Assembly: GCA_041743715.1 (NCBI GenBank)
Contig: JBGTMH010000004.1
Span: 1,097-65,096 of the forward strand
Source of the DNA: Patescibacteria group bacterium
Lineage (GTDB): Bacteria > Patescibacteriota > Microgenomatia > Levybacterales > UBA12049
DNA length: 64,000 nucleotides
Reading direction: 5' to 3'
Each line of letters begins with the position of its first letter. Positions within the stretch are counted from its first letter, which is position 1. The position numbers and the translations under genes were made by a program. Below the pieces are notes generated by a model. It saw only the letters and a list, made by a program, of their open reading frames with translations, was not told where the DNA came from and did no database searches. Of the stretch, positions 61,001 to 64,000 are shown in pieces.

Positions 61001-64000
61001 ATATTTAGTACAGGTGTGCTAGAGCCTGACTGTTCCCATTGGAAGGCGTCGGTGGCGTTGGTTACACTCTTGAACAGGGCGCTGCCATCGACGTAGAAGG
61101 TTTCGGTAACGGCGGTTTGGGTACCACTAATGATGACGCTTCCATCATTATCAACTGTCAGTCGACGGGTAAGCCCAGCACCGGATACGGCTGATCCATA
61201 GTCGCCGATAAAGAAGTCGCCGGTATTTGTGGCCGTGGCATCGACACCGAAGAAGAAGGTCTTCCAGGGGTTAGCTCCGTCGAAACGATGGAGCATGAAA
61301 GCGGCCGAGTTTGCGCCGCGGTCAATTCTGGCAACACCTTCAATATGAAGTTCACGCGCTGGGGCCTCCACGTTAATACCTACGCGTGAGTTCGTCGTGT
61401 TAACGACAAGCGTATCGTTCGTAGCGCCGGCATTCTGGACTCTGAAGGCTGCGGTAGAATCAGCCCCTGGCTTAACGAGTACACCTGTGTTAGTTGTTCC
61501 ACCCGGAGTAATGTTGATATTGTTAGCCCCTGTGCTCGTAAGATTGAGGGTGGTACCGGAAGTGAGACCGACAGTGCTGCCGCTTTGGAGAGAAATAGCA
61601 CCTGCTGAACCGTTGCCAATTGTGGTGGTGGCAGTTCCTGAATTGTTAATCAAGGTTGTTCCCGTTGCTGTCAATCCAGCTGATGCAGTCAACAGTCCTG
61701 CAAATGTTCCTGTTCCACTGCCTGTTGTTGAGATATTGCCTGATGTTGTGAGAGCATCCCCAGCAGTTGAAGGAGAAAGGGTAGTGCCACTTCTTCCCCA
61801 ATACCCAACCGTTCCACTCGTCGCACACACCTGACCGCTGATACAGATAGTGCCGGTAGCATTTGGCAGAGTCCAGGTCTGTGCAGCTGTCGCGAGTGAG
61901 TCCACGGTACTGAGGACGCTATTTGTTCCGGCAAATTTAATATTACCGTTATTGGCGATAGCAAACTTGGTCGCTCCACTCTTGGAAGCGGCGAAAATGT
62001 CTCCCACGCCGTCGTTATTAACAACCATTGATGCAAAAGAGGTTCGACCTGATATTGAGGCAACTGGGATAGTGCCTGAATCACCACGGACATCGATTTC
62101 AGCTTGAGGAGAGAAGTTATTTAAACCAAAGCCCCATCTGCCGTCGGTTGTTAGGACTGATTGGATACCGCCTGCAGGGCTATTATAGAACGTTAATTCA
62201 CCCGAAGCGCTGTAAAGCATATAGGAATTGCTGCTGCCATCCCGGGGGTTCAGTCTCAGTCCACTTGCGTTTCCGCTTACACCGATTATCCCTACTACAT
62301 CAAGTTTTTCTCCGGGGGTAGTTGTCCCAATCCCGACACTGCCGCTATTATCAATCACAAATGGGCTAGCATCCGCGTCTCCTGTCTCATCGTTGACTCT
62401 AAAGGAAATACCTGTTCCTAAATTGGTAACCATGCTGACGGTTCCAGTATTATTTGCGCCTGTTGAAGATACTTTGAAGAGGGTCCCGGTATTTGCAGCA
62501 TTGTTGCCTGTTAGGGAGATGTTGACGAGTCCATCGGTATCGGTAAATCCTGTTGCGCTTGAGGTAAGAGAAAGAGCAGAGCCTGTTGTTAAGGAATTTG
62601 CAGTGATCGTTGTTGCGTTGGTCGTGTTGCCGGTAAAGAGCTGAGAAAATTGTCCTGTTCCTGATTCAAGGCTAAGATTTTTATTTGCTGCAACACTGAG
62701 GTTATTATTAATGGTGGTTGTTCCTGTACTAGCGCCGATTGATAACGTGGTAGCACTTGTACCAAAATTAATGCCAGTGGTAGAGGCAGTTGATAGGAGA
62801 TTAAATGTGCCTGCTGTCGCGGATGAGAGATCATTGCCGTTGACAATCAAATCATCAGCAATCGTAACATCTCCTGATCCTAAGAAGTTGAAGGCAGGGT
62901 TGGTTGTCGCATTACCAAACTCGATTTTTTCTGTTGTGTTGGATGTCGAGATAGTAATGTAGTTATTTAATCCTTCTTGAATGTCCAAAGCATCAGCATT
63001 GTTGTCGACTAAATTGGCTGTAATATCATTGTTTGCGCCACTGGCAGATAATGTGACTGTTGTTCCTGACAAAGTGATCGCGTCGCCGCCGTCACCGATA
63101 GTTGCTATGCCATTGGCATCAAAAGTCTTGCCGTCGGCAACGGTGAGTGCATTATTTACTGTGGTTGTTCCCGTTGTTGCACCCAAGGATACTGTGGTAG
63201 CAGAGCCACCGATATTCAGTGTTGTAACCGATGCATTATTAAAGACAGAAGCTGTGCTGGTCGTTGAGGTAATATCAGCAGAAGTTGCGCCGTTGATTGC
63301 CAAGTCTCCAGATGTTGTGACATCTCCTGTTAAGAGGGAAGTTCCATCAACAGTTAATGTCCCGTTGGTCTGGATATTTCCCGTTGTAGCGATAGTTGCA
63401 CCTGTTGATCCATAACCGCCGCCGACATTGAGGATATTAAAGGCTGCGGTTGCGGATGTTGCATTGAATGCATCTGCTTGGGAGAAACTGACCGTGTCAT
63501 TTCTTATATCTAACGTCCCGGCATTATTGGCTCCTATTGCTAAGGTGGTGGCAGCGCCGGCAAAGTTCACTGTTGTCGCAGTCGCGTTGAAGAGATTTGC
63601 TGTTAGTTCATCGGTCGCGATAGTGCCGCCATTGGCATTTATGGTTCCATTGGTTGAGAAGTCACCGTTCGATCCAGTAATTGACCAATTTGTGCCTGAT
63701 AAATCATTGGCTCCCGTGAGAAGTGCGTTATCGATTTCAGCATCTGAGACATCAATTGCCGTTGTGATAGTACCGGCTGCGGATTGAATCTTCAAACCAA
63801 TCGGCTGTGCCAAATTGGTGTCAAGATTATCAATCAAGACCAACTGAGAGGGGGAGTTGGTACCAGCACCATCAGCTCTTTGGAAGATTGATCCTCCGGT
63901 TGAATTGGTTGCTGTGGTGACCGAGAAGTTGGAATCTGTTGCATCATCAGCCAGTGTGAAGGCGATATTTCTATTCGAGCTTGTTGTGATTGTGTTGCCT
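58021..64000 (-). CDS. Giant repetitive surface/fibre-like protein (more than 1990 aa; N-terminus outside the window)
   Basis: The frame stays open to the window edge (the track M at 63843 is a TTG inside the ORF). Long Thr/Gly/Ala/Asn-rich beta-repeat region, recurring ARVGIGT..P...L.V modules, coiled-coil stretches, and repeated I..GD.L..S...G.AMK motifs in the C-terminal third. Confidence 0.8.
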   Translation of the reverse strand, partial: GNTITTSSNRNIAFTLADDATDSNFSVTTATNSTGGSIFQRADGAGTNSPSQLVLIDNLDTNLAQPIGLKIQSAAGTITTAIDVSDAEIDNALLTGANDLSGTNWSITGSNGDFSTNGTINANGGTIATDELTANLFNATATTVNFAGAATTLAIGANNAGTLDIRNDTVSFSQADAFNATSATAAFNILNVGGGYGSTGATIATTGNIQTNGTLTVDGTSLLTGDVTTSGDLAINGATSADITSTTSTASVFNNASVTTLNIGGSATTVSLGATTGTTTVNNALTVADGKTFDANGIATIGDGGDAITLSGTTVTLSASGANNDITANLVDNNADALDIQEGLNNYITISTSNTTEKIEFGNATTNPAFNFLGSGDVTIADDLIVNGNDLSSATAGTFNLLSTASTTGINFGTSATTLSIGASTGTTTINNNLSVAANKNLSLESGTGQFSQLFTGNTTNATTITANSLTTGSALSLTSSATGFTDTDGLVNISLTGNNAANTGTLFKVSSTGANNTGTVSMVTNLGTGISFRVNDETGDADASPFVIDNSGSVGIGTTTPGEKLDVVGIIGVSGNASGLRLNPRDGSSNSYMLYSASGELTFYNSPAGGIQSVLTTDGRWGFGLNNFSPQAEIDVRGDSGTIPVASISGRTSFASMVVNNDGVGDIFAASKSGATKFAIANNGNIKFAGTNSVLSTVDSLATAAQTWTLPNATGTICISGQVCATSGTVGYWGRSGTTLSPSTAGDALTTSGNISTTGSGTGTFAGLLTASAGLTATGTTLINNSGTATTTIGNGSAGAISLQSGSTVGLTSGTTLNLTSTGANNINITPGGTTNTGVLVKPGADSTAAFRVQNAGATNDTLVVNTTNSRVGINVEAPARELHIEGVARIDRGANSAAFMLHRFDGANPWKTFFFGVDATATNTGDFFIGDYGSAVSGAGLTRRLTVDNDGSVIISGTQTAVTETFYVDGSALFKSVTNATDAFQWEQSGSSTPVLNIDTTNARVGVGTATPGFAFDAEASGAVVAEFNRTTSDGAIVNLTQAGTVEGTISVSGTTVSYNAFTGSHYARTDENIERGMLVTMTGDNRTLYDRPGGELIYGIKKTTQANDPSILGSYLSLLEPTQPFGPTNPHQVMAVGNGDVWVIDNGKNIQPGDPLISSDIQGHAMKDPGIYPISYVFGRAGEIVDWSTETETINGIKHKKISVFYDSSLVESPIQITNTGDITILGQSPAYTLQDQDGNNITRKGIFEDAVIGNLRAGGIDVKDLILDGQNLGDRLNNLENSSSSSAQFDDIQTQLLALTDRVATVEAETTASLSAETASFGISGQLNVDASGKLTTSSTVKANTFETDAGTIRAENGNIIEQLATDTTGTNANKFIFKNAANTDLFSIDSTGNASLAGTLTTSGGNYDLAEDYATRDESIESGDVVSVDATTDGHVQKSTTAYDNTILGIYSEKPGFRLSQISDTINGGKAIPVALAGRVPVKVSMEGGSIHKGDYLTSSSTIGVAMKATKPGQVLGKALEDFTCADNCTGKITVFVNITYADPTNVLANLVNGLSDASIVQNVSTDKITLPSTLQIGTKEINGTLNDALIAISDSLTTDRNAISSLQTDIYNVTARADAIDTRVAGLETQQASVSAEIANLNKTINELKNSSASADVEVLNKKIDDLLARISGSVTPTATPSGTPVAETVTPSSENLTSPDTLIASDSATPNTTSIASTATLPGEFTAYKLTVEDTFQSFGKSYLGETTIAGDVMVTGKTTLEETAISGVLTVDERINVAGKLSITEDAISVSGTPVENGQEPTDGILYLQKSALANLIDLFDGAVTIDRNGTLQTKGDVKIAKNLDVKGKVKVGGNIQIEGGITITATAGADLKARDALYISESGIVKKADAVSIDRSDVIGIAAHDAKEGEEILIIIGGKAKGFKDLQAGKKYYLGTNASITAIVPPNALKTIPIGIAFSETEMIIQISQTTPEEPKETALNTN

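Noticed and set aside
58358-63787. Numerous plus-strand ORFs (66-167 aa) antisense to the giant surface-protein gene.
   Set aside because: They are Val/Ala/Pro/Ser-rich mirror translations of the Thr/Gly/Ala/Asn-rich repeat gene. The uninterrupted minus-strand frame of more than 1990 codons explains the region.
1-64000. Checked for CRISPR arrays, rRNA genes, additional tRNAs, alternative genetic code (UGA recoding), and phage or integrase genes.
   Set aside because: No regularly spaced short repeats were seen, and no rRNA-like conserved strings. Only one tRNA-like cloverleaf was found by eye. TGA clearly terminates well-supported genes. No integrase, recombinase or phage structural motifs were seen in the translations.

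Overview
A 64-kb, gene-dense, AT-rich bacterial window using the standard code (TGA is a stop, e.g. at 2265-2267 and 9733-9735). It contains no rRNA and no CRISPR array. Most of it is a patchwork of short, mostly single-domain accessory or detoxification genes. These include five VOC/glyoxalase-superfamily genes (one a PhnB-like member), three SRPBCC/Aha1, three GNAT, two DUF1801, two NUDIX, three MFS, two alpha/beta hydrolases, and ArsR, AraC and HxlR regulators. The window starts with the 3' end of a primary sigma factor gene and ends inside a surface-protein gene of more than 1990 codons on the minus strand. The points most worth a second look are: (1) a tRNA-Asn(GUU) gene split in the anticodon loop by a 553-nt IC3-like group I intron carrying an HNH homing-endonuclease ORF; (2) an 852-aa animal-haem-peroxidase homologue whose N-terminal catalytic segment (distal His) lies after the C-terminal part, an apparent circular permutation, with SH3b-like domains at both ends; (3) two ~122-bp, ~88% identical, internally palindromic MITE-like repeats in inverted orientation, bracketing an 8-kb segment that holds an IS1595-type transposase N-terminal remnant, a RelBE module and envelope genes; (4) a recurring TGnTATAAT box 6-8 nt upstream of start codons, suggesting leaderless mRNAs, alongside other genes with GGAGGTG Shine-Dalgarno sites; (5) a tight DUF4331-TPR-HupE/UreJ operon; (6) a translationally coupled UvrA2-like/AlkD-like pair next to two visibly GC-rich, probably horizontally acquired genes. 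The lineage cannot be determined without searches. The gene content (O-antigen-ligase/TPR fusion, giant repetitive surface protein, intron-bearing tRNA) only loosely suggests an uncultivated or candidate-phylum bacterium. All product calls rest on motif recognition in the supplied translations, not on database hits.
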